Positions 54,767 through 64,000 of a stretch of DNA of 64,000 nt are shown here, piece after piece; the stretch's first letter is position 1, and the number at the start of each line of letters is the position of its first letter. Origin of the DNA: Amoebophrya sp. A120. Taxonomy: Eukaryota > Protista > Dinoflagellata. The notes below the pieces were generated by a model. That model had not been told where the DNA came from, made no database searches, and saw only the letters and a list, made by a program, of their open reading frames with translations. The stretch spans positions 12,471,621-12,535,620 of the forward strand of contig CAJINV010000002.1 in NCBI GenBank assembly GCA_905178155.1, given 5' to 3'. The translations under genes and the position numbers were made by a program.

Positions 54767-56668
54767 TCAAATCACTTTAGCCAGACTGGCGGCGCAGGCA
54801 CTCCCCGTATACACCACTGTGCGCCACACGTGGTGCGCGAAGGCAGTAACCGAGTACTGGCTCTTCACTCGATCCGGGCCATTTTGCGCCGTCCGGACCT
54901 CTTCCAGCAGATGCGTTTCAGCGTCCTTCTTGTGGTCGACTTCGTCGGCGCAACAGTGGTCCAGGAAGCGGGCGAGCTCGTGGACGTGCTGTAACTCCGA
55001 GATCGGCGTGCGTAGCGATTCCTGTCGCTTTAGCTCCTTTTTGCTGAAGTTTTTCCCGCTGTCGTCCTCGAATTGCATGTCCTTGCAAAACGGGAACGCG
55101 TCGGACAACCGCAGAAACACCGCCAGCGCGGACTTGTTCTCCCGGTTGGAAGCGAAGGTGGTGGAGTTCAACAGCAATCCCATCGGCATGTCCGAGTAGC
55201 TGTTGTAGCACGGACGCACCACTTTCGTCTCCTCCGTCGTCTGGGTTAGCTTCGTTGTCTTCGTCACCGGCACGATCTCGTACGGGTTGCGCGTCGATCG
55301 CTTGCGGCTGAAGGAACTCGTTGATGCACCAGTCGGTTGCTCCATCACTTCCTTCGCAGGATTCGTGTCATCTTCGCTTGTTTTCATCGCAACAAGTCCG
55401 TCAACTCCTGATGCTTTACTCTCAGAAGTAGCTGCGCACTGTTCTACTTCCGGCTTCGAGTTTCGGCGGACGAAAATGTTCTCCGCGGCGATGAGTTGAC
55501 GGTCCATTTTCCGCAAATATCGAAGCTGGTGCTGGTAGTGCTTTTCGACGAAGGTTTCGACTGCTTCGACGGTGTGGTACAGCCAAACTCCGCCCCCGAA
55601 GAACGTTGGCAAAAAACCGAGCGTGAATCCGCACACCCGCCACATGGGCAGGAGCTTCGTGTGCTTGGCTGCCGGCAAGTCCGCGTAAATTTGCGTCAGC
55701 ACGGACAAGTGCACCTTCTCGGCCTCGCAGTGCTTCTGCGAGAACGCCAGCACCTTCTCGAAGTGCTGTTGCGTCTTAATGGAACTGGTCGTGTGCCGCG
55801 AAAACAGTTTCACGAGATTCAAACGCTGCTGTGCCGCAAAGATCGCGCCGTTGTAGATCGACACAGCGCCGGTTTCTCCTGCCAGGTTGCTGCTCATCTC
55901 CTTGTCCAAGTACAGCCACGGCGACGCTGCGTCTTCGTAAACCGCTTTCTCGTCGACCATTGCGGAAGCCTTCGCGAGTTTGAAAACATTTGCCAACTCG
56001 CGCCGAATGCGAGGCACGTCAAAAACAGGAACTCCGTCGTGCTGCGCTGCTCCATCGTGTCGTTCTTGTTCACTGGCGCCTGTTGTACGAGCGCTGTCTT
56101 CTTTCATCGTTGTGAAAACACCTTCTCCTGATACCGGTGCAACAGAAAAAGCGGGCAATACCGGTTGACTCGCCTCCATCGCTTTGGCACTTCCGCTGAA
56201 CGCCATGGAGCCAAAGTCCACATTGTGTGGAAGGTAGGGTCTTCCCGGTCGGTCTTGCAGCGCCACTGGATTGCAGTACTGCAGCGGCAGCATGTTGCTC
56301 GTCGTGGTGCTGTACTTCGCGTGGTCCGCCTTTCCGTACAAGGAGGCATTGAACGAAATCTTGCGTCGTATTGACCGCTTCCTGTGCAGCGGGTCCTGAA
56401 CGTCGGTAAAAGGCTTTTTGGTTTTCTTCGCGACGTTCTGCGGAGTAGAGCTGGTGTGAAACGGCATTCTACGCTTCACGAGAACCGTCGATGATTCTTC
56501 AGCTGCGTCGGTTTTGGCAGATGAAAATACTGCCGATTCATTTCTTCCGGTCGGCGTCGAAAAGCCCCGAGATGAGCCGCTGGAAATAGATGCTTGCGGC
56601 GCCAGCTGACTGTAGTTGCAGGCTCGCCTGCCAACTAAGTGCTGCGAGAAACTGCGCGCAGCTAACAT
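54767..56668 (-). CDS. COQ7: COQ7-like di-iron demethoxyubiquinone hydroxylase with long extension and insertion
   Basis: AGETGAVSIYNG, EKVH, LLPMWRVCGFTLG, TVEAVETFVEKHYQHQ and CCADEVDH; mitochondrial-type N-terminus. Confidence 0.85.
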   Translation of the reverse strand: MLAARSFSQHLVGRRACNYSQLAPQASISSGSSRGFSTPTGRNESAVFSSAKTDAAEESSTVLVKRRMPFHTSSTPQNVAKKTKKPFTDVQDPLHRKRSIRRKISFNASLYGKADHAKYSTTTSNMLPLQYCNPVALQDRPGRPYLPHNVDFGSMAFSGSAKAMEASQPVLPAFSVAPVSGEGVFTTMKEDSARTTGASEQERHDGAAQHDGVPVFDVPRIRRELANVFKLAKASAMVDEKAVYEDAASPWLYLDKEMSSNLAGETGAVSIYNGAIFAAQQRLNLVKLFSRHTTSSIKTQQHFEKVLAFSQKHCEAEKVHLSVLTQIYADLPAAKHTKLLPMWRVCGFTLGFLPTFFGGGVWLYHTVEAVETFVEKHYQHQLRYLRKMDRQLIAAENIFVRRNSKPEVEQCAATSESKASGVDGLVAMKTSEDDTNPAKEVMEQPTGASTSSFSRKRSTRNPYEIVPVTKTTKLTQTTEETKVVRPCYNSYSDMPMGLLLNSTTFASNRENKSALAVFLRLSDAFPFCKDMQFEDDSGKNFSKKELKRQESLRTPISELQHVHELARFLDHCCADEVDHKKDAETHLLEEVRTAQNGPDRVKSQYSVTAFAHHVWRTVVYTGSACAASLAKVI

Positions 56669-57485
56669 CGTGTTCCTTGTAGAGCCAGAAGTAGATTTTC
56701 TTTTTGATTTCTACTGTGGAAAACGTTGCAAAAATAGAAACTATTTCTTGCTCCTACTTAGCAGTTGTAGTGAGTTCAACGACGTCCAGGAAGTCGAACA
56801 ATCAAGTGCAGAATGTTTCAATGTTCAACAGCGCTAAGATCTATCTGTATTTGGGTGATGCACCACAAATTTGGGTACGAGCTGGGGCACCGGGTGTGAT
56901 CACTTTTCCCTGCGAATGTTTAAAGGAAGTCAGAACAATATCGACATATTTTCACGAATGAAATCGAAATGTAGGAGCGAATGTGGTTTTGGATGTGGTG
57001 CCGCTCGATGCAAAGATAAAGAAAGCTCTAGGAAATCTTGCAGCTTCATTTTTCTCCACAGCTTTTACGAATCTCTTTGAGTTTGACCGAATCAATGTCG
57101 AGCCCTTTGCTGCTGCCTCCAAGCGTAAAAAAAAACGAAATTATTTTGGCACGTCGAATTCAATACGAGATTTGTTGCTGCGACAGTATAACAGAATAGC
57201 TTGCATGTGGACCGAAGATATCACTGCAGGTTACGCAGGCTGATTACTTTTCATCACGAGTTGGTTTTTTTTCTTTTCATTGTGAACGTACTAGGCAACG
57301 TGATGCATTCTGCGTGCTGTCATCTACAGCACGATGACGATCTTCGGGATGTTTGCATGAAGAACGAACAACTGCTGTGTATCACACGAATCGCTATTGC
57401 GTCACATCGCAACAGCTATTCCTTCATATCTACGTCAGTCGGGACTTACATGTTGAGGTTTTGGCAAGTACATCGAGATCGGAAC

Positions 57486-59135
57486 TTACCTCATAGCTTT
57501 CTTTTCTTGTTGTTTTTTTCTGACGAGCAGTTCGAAGCAGATGAGAAAGCGCTGGGAGCTCTCTGCGTCGTGAAACAGGAAAGCGAGTTTGCGCTCCTGA
57601 AACTCCAGGATAATAATATTTGCCCCCCGGTTTTCACTGGACAGGTTATACTGCTGATTGATCTGTGAGGAGTGGGCACTGCTGATGCGATAAATCTTGC
57701 TCAAGCTCGCAATCGGGAACTCGACGATACGGCCGCTGCCCTGGCTGAGGGCGAGGATGCGGTGGTCGTCGATCAGCTGGGCGTGAATCAGCTGCTTTTC
57801 CTGCAGCGACGTCAGCTGCGTCAAATAGGTTCCGCAGTAGAAATCGAAGACGAAGCCGCGAAACATCTGCTCCAGCCTTTCCTCGTTGGTGGCTCCACCG
57901 ATACCGCTGTCCTCCGCAAACTGTGCTAGTTGCGGTAGCGGCTGGTCCCGCGTGGCATAGGGCAAGGTCACGGAGTTCAGCACCTGTTTTTGCCTCGGGG
58001 TTAGCAGTTTCGGATCGCGCACGATGTTGATTGGGTCGTTCAGCTGCGGGTTCGGCTCGGGCGACATCGCTTCCACATTGGCCAAGGGGTTTTGGTAACT
58101 TGGGTTCACGACGCCGTTGTACGAGTAGCTGTTACCCCCGGTGCGCGGACTCTTGGAGTCTGCGCGTCGCGGGGTCACGGAACCTCGGTAAAGCTCTGCC
58201 ACAGCGGGGATAGGGCCGTCCTGCGCGTAGTTCACAGCAAGGAATTGCTTCTCGCTTTCCACGCTGCGCAGCGAGTTCTTTTGCCGCAGAATGTCGCTTG
58301 ATGGTGCTCCGAGGGGGAAACTCCCGGAATTGATCCCTCCAAGCGGCAGCTCGCTCAGGGGCACAGGACCGCGACTGCCGAAGTTCAGATTTGAATTCGC
58401 GCCGAAGTTCAACGTCGGATTGTAGACCGGCGGTTGTGGCGGTAAGTTCTGTTCTTGCTGCAGTTGGTTACTGTAGCTACTGTTTGCCGCAGAAGCTGTC
58501 GCGGCAGCTGCAGCTCCACCCGGTGGTGCATAAATGAGGCGGTTCGGGGTGGTGTGCGGACTTGGTGACGGCGGCGAGTTGTTTCCGTACGCAACATCGG
58601 CATTTTGCTTCGAGGAGGCGGGACGGGGCGACGAGGGGTTCACGGCCAAAAATTTCGAGTCGGACAGCCCTGTGCTGTGCAGGCCGGTCGGCATCCCCGG
58701 CTGCCACAACACGTTTCCATAGGTGGAAACCGGGGTGTATTGCGGCCCGTGCCCACTGTGTGCTGGTGCCGACAAGTTGGGTGGTCCGCCGGTCGTGCTG
58801 GTTGTAGGCGTTACCGATCTTGACTGCTGCTGCAGCTGAAATTTTTCCTGGTAGTAGGGCGGTACCGGAGCAACGACGACCGGATCAACTGCGGGCGGCA
58901 TACCGGTGTAGTAGTCAACGACGGAAACCACGTCGTCGTCCGCATCGGAGTTCTGTTTTGTAAACCCGCTACAGCCATTGTTCGTGTCATTGAGAAAACC
59001 TCCGCCAGCCGACGACAGTCGCTCCCGCCTACGGCGCACGCGCATTTCCTGCCCCTGGGAACTGCGGTCGTCCTCCCCTGCGCGCTGCTGGCCGCAACAA
59101 CTGCGCAGCAGCCACTCACGGACCGCTGTAATCAT
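57486..59135 (-). CDS. Alveolate ISP-like (IMC sub-compartment protein, PH-fold) protein
   Basis: N-terminal SCC (possible palmitoylation), disordered middle, C-terminal globular domain ending KLAFLFHDAESSQRFLICFELL. Family call is from recalled similarity only. Confidence 0.5.
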   Translation of the reverse strand: MITAVREWLLRSCCGQQRAGEDDRSSQGQEMRVRRRRERLSSAGGGFLNDTNNGCSGFTKQNSDADDDVVSVVDYYTGMPPAVDPVVVAPVPPYYQEKFQLQQQSRSVTPTTSTTGGPPNLSAPAHSGHGPQYTPVSTYGNVLWQPGMPTGLHSTGLSDSKFLAVNPSSPRPASSKQNADVAYGNNSPPSPSPHTTPNRLIYAPPGGAAAAATASAANSSYSNQLQQEQNLPPQPPVYNPTLNFGANSNLNFGSRGPVPLSELPLGGINSGSFPLGAPSSDILRQKNSLRSVESEKQFLAVNYAQDGPIPAVAELYRGSVTPRRADSKSPRTGGNSYSYNGVVNPSYQNPLANVEAMSPEPNPQLNDPINIVRDPKLLTPRQKQVLNSVTLPYATRDQPLPQLAQFAEDSGIGGATNEERLEQMFRGFVFDFYCGTYLTQLTSLQEKQLIHAQLIDDHRILALSQGSGRIVEFPIASLSKIYRISSAHSSQINQQYNLSSENRGANIIILEFQERKLAFLFHDAESSQRFLICFELLVRKKQQEKKAMR

Positions 59136-59543
59136 TCTTGATGCAGCGAAAGCGATGGCAAGAGAGTTCTTCTCTTGATCCTTTTCAGATCATCAAAACG
59201 ATGATAGTGAATCTGCAGAACTCACATACAACTGGCTGACACATGCACAACCAGTTGTTCTACAACGAGAAGGTAGGTTTGTTCCACATCCAGCTCACAA
59301 GGGATCATGCATTCATGATATAGGAGTACCTGTTCTCCTCGCTCTGTTTTCCTTTTTGCACTCACTGCTCTTTTCAAAACTGAACCGGCAACGAACAATG
59401 AAGACACGCTTTCGAAAAATTGTTTCTGTTTTTCGTAATTTGCTGCTGCTGCACCGGCTTCGGTGCGTTCGTCCCAGTTGCTCTTCCTTCGCACTCTCTC
59501 TTGAGACCACAGAGGGGACCCAGCAATCATCATCTACCGTGAA

Positions 59544-60516
59544 TTAGGAAACGGTTGTGACTGTGCAGTCTGTCAACCTCGTGGTTGGACATGTTTTCCC
59601 ACTGTTCTCTGTCTGTCCAGCGTCAAACAAGACAAAGACGACGAAGAGCAAAAACCCGGCGCCCCCGGCTGTCACAAACGTTTCGAACTCCCCGCCAATT
59701 TGTCGAAGGCCGCCCGATCGAATAGCAAGGGGCAGGGTGAGTCCCACTTGTGCGGCCGTCACGATGAGCAGCGACAGGTTCATGAAGCCGTCGATCCGCA
59801 AAACGTAAACCTGCGCCGTGAAGAAGAAACCCAGGAACAGAATTTGCGGAATGCTCAGGAGATTGAACACCGCCAGCCGCGAACACCGCTCTGTCTTGTT
59901 GCCGTCATACCCAAACTGTCAGTTTCATTTTGGCTTTCACCATGTGCAATCAACGATGAACTCGAAAATGGTCCAACTGTGCATCAACATTTGAACGAAC
60001 AAGACTAGGCCGAAACCAAAAGACACGAACCATCGGCGAAATTACAAATTTTCGACTTGATGACGAGAAGTCGTCGATCAATACCTGTATTCTGGTGCCT
60101 TCGATTAGCCAGAAGAGGACAATGCACGGTATTTCCTCCCCGAGCCGCGTACTCTGCAGGTCTTTCGAGTTTGGAAAAGCGGCGAACTTGAAAAGCATGG
60201 ACATAACCGTCACAAAAACGTACAAGTGGCGCACACTGTCGGAGAACCTCAACAATAGCTGCAGGCTGAGAAGCCCGTGCGGCGGTTGGGGCTGCTGCGG
60301 TTGTTGCGAGGACCCTGTGCTCAGCTGCTTGGCGCGGTAATTTTCCGTTCTTGTCTGCGACAATGAGTTTCCGGCTGCAAATGCTTCGTCATTTGCAAAA
60401 ACCCGCCATGACGCACCCGCAGTCGCTGCCTGTACCTGCTGACCGCTTGGAGCTCCGGGCCCCGCTGTCGTTGGAGCCATGTTGGGCGGATTACCTCCAG
60501 GATTCATCATATTCAT
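59544..60516 (-). CDS. TMEM216/TMEM17/TMEM80 family ciliary transition-zone membrane protein
   Basis: LSLQLLL...IEGTRIQ|FGYDGNKTE...QVYVLRID; four hydrophobic segments; GT-AG intron 59916-60084. Confidence 0.8.
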
Positions 60517-61167
60517 TGCGGGGCAGGTTTCCCGCTGACGCGAGTGATGCAGGAGCTAGTCGTAGCTAAAATGTTGACTCGCACATGAAACAAATACGCT
60601 CTCTGCGTTTCTTTCGTACGCTGATATAAAGATTCCAAATGCTTGTTGGTCTGCAATTGCGGTAGAAGCACTCAGATCTTGTATGAATCACTCTCTCTGC
60701 ATCTCGCAAGTATATGCTCCTCCGGAAGAAGCTACCTACTCGCAGCTAACAGTTTACAGCGAGAAACGCTGAAGCGGTGACGTGAGGCTGTCTTCTTGGA
60801 GCAGTCGAGGCGATATTAGATGTTGAGGCTCGACGATTTACTATTTTCGCAGAGCAGATGAATGAGAAGGATAATGTGGGTGCAACTTGACCGTGATCGA
60901 CCTGACTCTGACACCAGGACCACGCGCATGCTCTATGTAAGATCGACCATCATCTGCACCAGAGAATATAGGGCGACTTCTGAGAATGAGCTCCTGCAGG
61001 GATCGATCAACCAGGCCAGAGGCACAACTGTCTTGTTCTTTATTTGATTCCAGAGCCGCTGCGATCTCGCCCGCGTCCGACGCAAATTGGCGGCGCGCGG
61101 GTATGCGGCTGACGCAACTGACTCCGCATCCGCGGGTCGTGACGTCTTGGTCTTCAAAGGTTCATTT

Positions 61168-63976
61168 TTACAGAGTGATGTAATCCGCGTACTCCGTGTA
61201 TCCCGGGCAGGTGTAAAACTTCTTTCCCCATTGATTGACTCCGTCAGCAATTTCCTGCAATTTTGCGGGCACCGTTTGGTCCCCGCGCTCAAGAATGTCA
61301 ATCAGCTCTGCTGGTGTTGAAGCATACTTGGGATTGAACTCGAAGAAAGTCAGCGCATGCCCCACACCCTCGCTGCCCCTGGCAGTACGGCCGATGCGGT
61401 GAACGTAGTCCTGCACCTCGGGCATTTCGAAGTTGACGACGTGTGTGACCCCATCGATGTCCAGCCCGCGAGAAAGCACGTCGGTGGCAATCACAATCTT
61501 CACTCTGCCCTTGCCAAACTGGTCCACAATTCCCGTTCGCTGCGGCTGCGAAAGACCACCGTGCATGATCTCGACGCGACTGCCGGTGATCACGCTGCTC
61601 AGTTTCAAGCGTATACGGTCCCGCAAGGTCTCGCACTCTGCTCGGGTGTTCACGAATATCAAGATCTTCGCCTCCGGATTTTCCCCAAATGCCAGAGTCA
61701 CGTACCGAACCTGCAGGGTTGGAATTCGAAAAGTGCTTTGGCGCGGTCAATCAATTCGCTCCTCGACCGACCGAGCTAGTAGCATAAAAAAAGAAACACT
61801 ACGTGGCGCGCATTTTTTGCTCGCAGCTGCTCTGTCAACGTGCAAACAAACGATCCCCATACCAGTGCGCGCGTTTTGATCTGTACTCGCCTGGAGCTTG
61901 CCCCCATGGGTCGGTCGTCTCCCTCCTTCGCCCGTGAACTCACCAGCAAAATCTCTTGCCGCACGCGCTCGTTTGCGGAGTGGTGTTCGCCATCTCCGCT
62001 CTGGTCGCACTTGATCACCACGCGGTTTCGCATGTGCGTGAGTTGATCGGCTAGGGGCTGCACGCTGCGGTCCCAGGTGGCCGAGAAGAAGCAGGATTGA
62101 AATTTTTCCGGAAAAGAATACATGATCACCGCCAAGTCCTCTTCAAAAGAGCTTTCTTCCAACATCCGGTCTGCCTCGTCGAGAACAAAAAAAGTGACGT
62201 TATGGCAACCTAACTGTCCGTTTTCCACGAAATCCCGCATGCGTCCCGGCGTTCCAACCCACAGGTTCGCATACACCATTGACCTAGATGAACGCAACAA
62301 AACGATTCACGTTCAGCGAAATACGTTCGTCTTCCTGTTCCTGCTCATGTACTTATTTACATAAAAGTTGTCTTCTTCTTCGATGAATCAATGCTTGTAC
62401 GTCTTGTTGCTTTTCGCTGAATTAGGTACGGCGGAAAGAAAAATCCTATATAGGTAACGAATACGAAAGCTGCTTCTCTTTTTTCTCGCCGCCGTAGCAC
62501 ATCCCCGTGGTCACCGGGAAATTACACCTGTCCGAAAGCGCCGGCGGGACGATTTTCTGGGCCTCGCTGTGGATCTGGATGACGAGCTCTCGTGTCGGGC
62601 CCATGATGAGCGCCCGGGAATGCGGGTTAGCAGTCAAATGGATGATTGCGGGGACGAGAAAGGCAAGCGTTTTGCCGGAACCGGTTTTTGCCACACCAAC
62701 GACGTCGAACCCCTGGATCACGAAGGGAATGGTGAATTTTTGCACCTTATACGGATGGCCCAGTCCGATTTGCTTGAGTTTTGCCCCCAGTGTAGACATC
62801 TGGTCTCGCAAATACCTGAAAAGCATTAGCAGTATTATAAAGCGCAAGGTCATGCTGAATCCATGATTACGAAGTATTTGCTTCCCATAGTACCTTGGGC
62901 ATGTCGCGACCTCCTACTACAGCTTTGATGCAAGAGGCATAGCATTAGTCTATTTACTTACTTTTTTCCGTTTTGGCGCACTTTCTCCTCCGGCGGCAGC
63001 GGAAGGAAGAGCGATCGGTAAGACCGGAACGTGATGAGCTTCGTGCAGTCCGGATCACTTTCTCGTGGATACTTGTACTCGTAAGTAATGTTTTCCTCGG
63101 ATCTTTGCGCGTCGGGGCATTCATAGAACACCTCCTTGAAGAGACTGGACTTCTGTCCGAATATGTTGAATCGCACCGAATCCAGTTTAAATGCTGGAGG
63201 TCGCATGCTTGGCGGGTGACTCGCGTACAACTCAACCTCATCGTACCCGTGGTCCGAGCATCCTTCTAGCAAAGCTTGGGCGCCGTTCGGTCCTTGCAGA
63301 CTGTGTGATGAATGATGATGTGGATTGGTGATCTGGACATGTAGTTCATGTGAATACAGAGACTGTGACTGGCAGACAAGCTGATTTTCATGTCATGTTT
63401 TTGTCTTCGCGGCGAAATAAACAACAAGAATAAAAGCAGTGAGTTGTACAGAGCGTGCGATTGTGGTGCGACGCTGGTGCTGGGCCGCCTATTTTCCATT
63501 TTCTTCGTGTCACGCCCGGTTACTCCCAGCAGTCCCTGTGGCGTCCCTGTACTCTTCGGCGGCATCGACGACTCAAGATTGCGCGCCCGGTTTGCAGACG
63601 GCTGTGATGTGCCTGCTCCGCAACGGCTGTTACCGGTCACAACAGAAGAGCTGCGCGCTCTTCCTTCGTTCTGGCGAGGGTATTTCTGCCCCGCCGTACT
63701 GCGGTTTGTTCCGAAACTGCCGCACACCTCCGAGCCGCCGTCCTGCTGCTGACCGCTTGCCCGACCGCTCTCAGCGAATTGATGGTCACGACCTGACAAT
63801 TTCTGAGTTTGAGCATGCAAAATCTGCTGCTGCTCGGTGTCGTCGGGGTTATAGTTGCTTACGCTTTTTTGTTCTCCAGGCGGAGACCAACCACGCATGT
63901 CCGTGCTACAGTTCCAAGATTGAAATTCCTGACGTGTTGCTGTGTCCTGTTGTTCGCCATGTACTCTCTCTGCCAC
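61168..63976 (-). CDS. DEAD-box RNA helicase (DBP2/DDX5-like), multi-exon; 5' end uncertain
   Basis: AKTGSGKT, PTREL, TPGR, DEAD, SAT, TDVLSRGLD and HRIGRTAR across GT-AG-joined exons, including a probable 20-nt mini-exon at 62894-62913. Confidence 0.9.
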
Positions 63977-64000
63977 TTCTTTTTTTGTTTGCTGAGCATT

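Overview
Eukaryotic, gene-dense window of about 21 protein-coding genes, all on the minus strand, with spliceosomal GT-AG introns. Gene content, unidirectional packing and inverted-repeat introns suggest an alveolate, most likely a Syndiniales dinoflagellate such as Amoebophrya (inference). Recognisable genes are a kinesin-3-like motor, eIF2A (probably fused to a GYF domain), CLEC16A/FPL, a Cys-loop channel-like gene, a G8/beta-helix protein, SET and ankyrin proteins, kinesin-14, MTHFR, a tandem CutA, prephenate dehydratase, COQ7, an ISP-like PH protein, a TMEM216/17-like protein and a DEAD-box helicase. The standout is six non-coding MITE-like insertions (145-279 bp, three families) lying inside coding exons. 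All share an 18-bp terminal motif (TATCnnnnGYAAAARYRT), terminal inverted repeats, an exact 5-bp target-site duplication (TSD) and repeated GCAT(G/T)ACAA boxes. In all six, removing the element plus one TSD exactly restores the reading frame. One family occurs in both orientations relative to transcription, and four of six cannot be precisely excised as GT/GC-AG. They look like introner elements removed by a structure- or repeat-guided, non-canonical process. A 1.43-kb TIR element with 109-bp tandem repeats carries the same box, and a perfect 45-bp palindrome sits where TM1-TM3 are missing from the channel gene.
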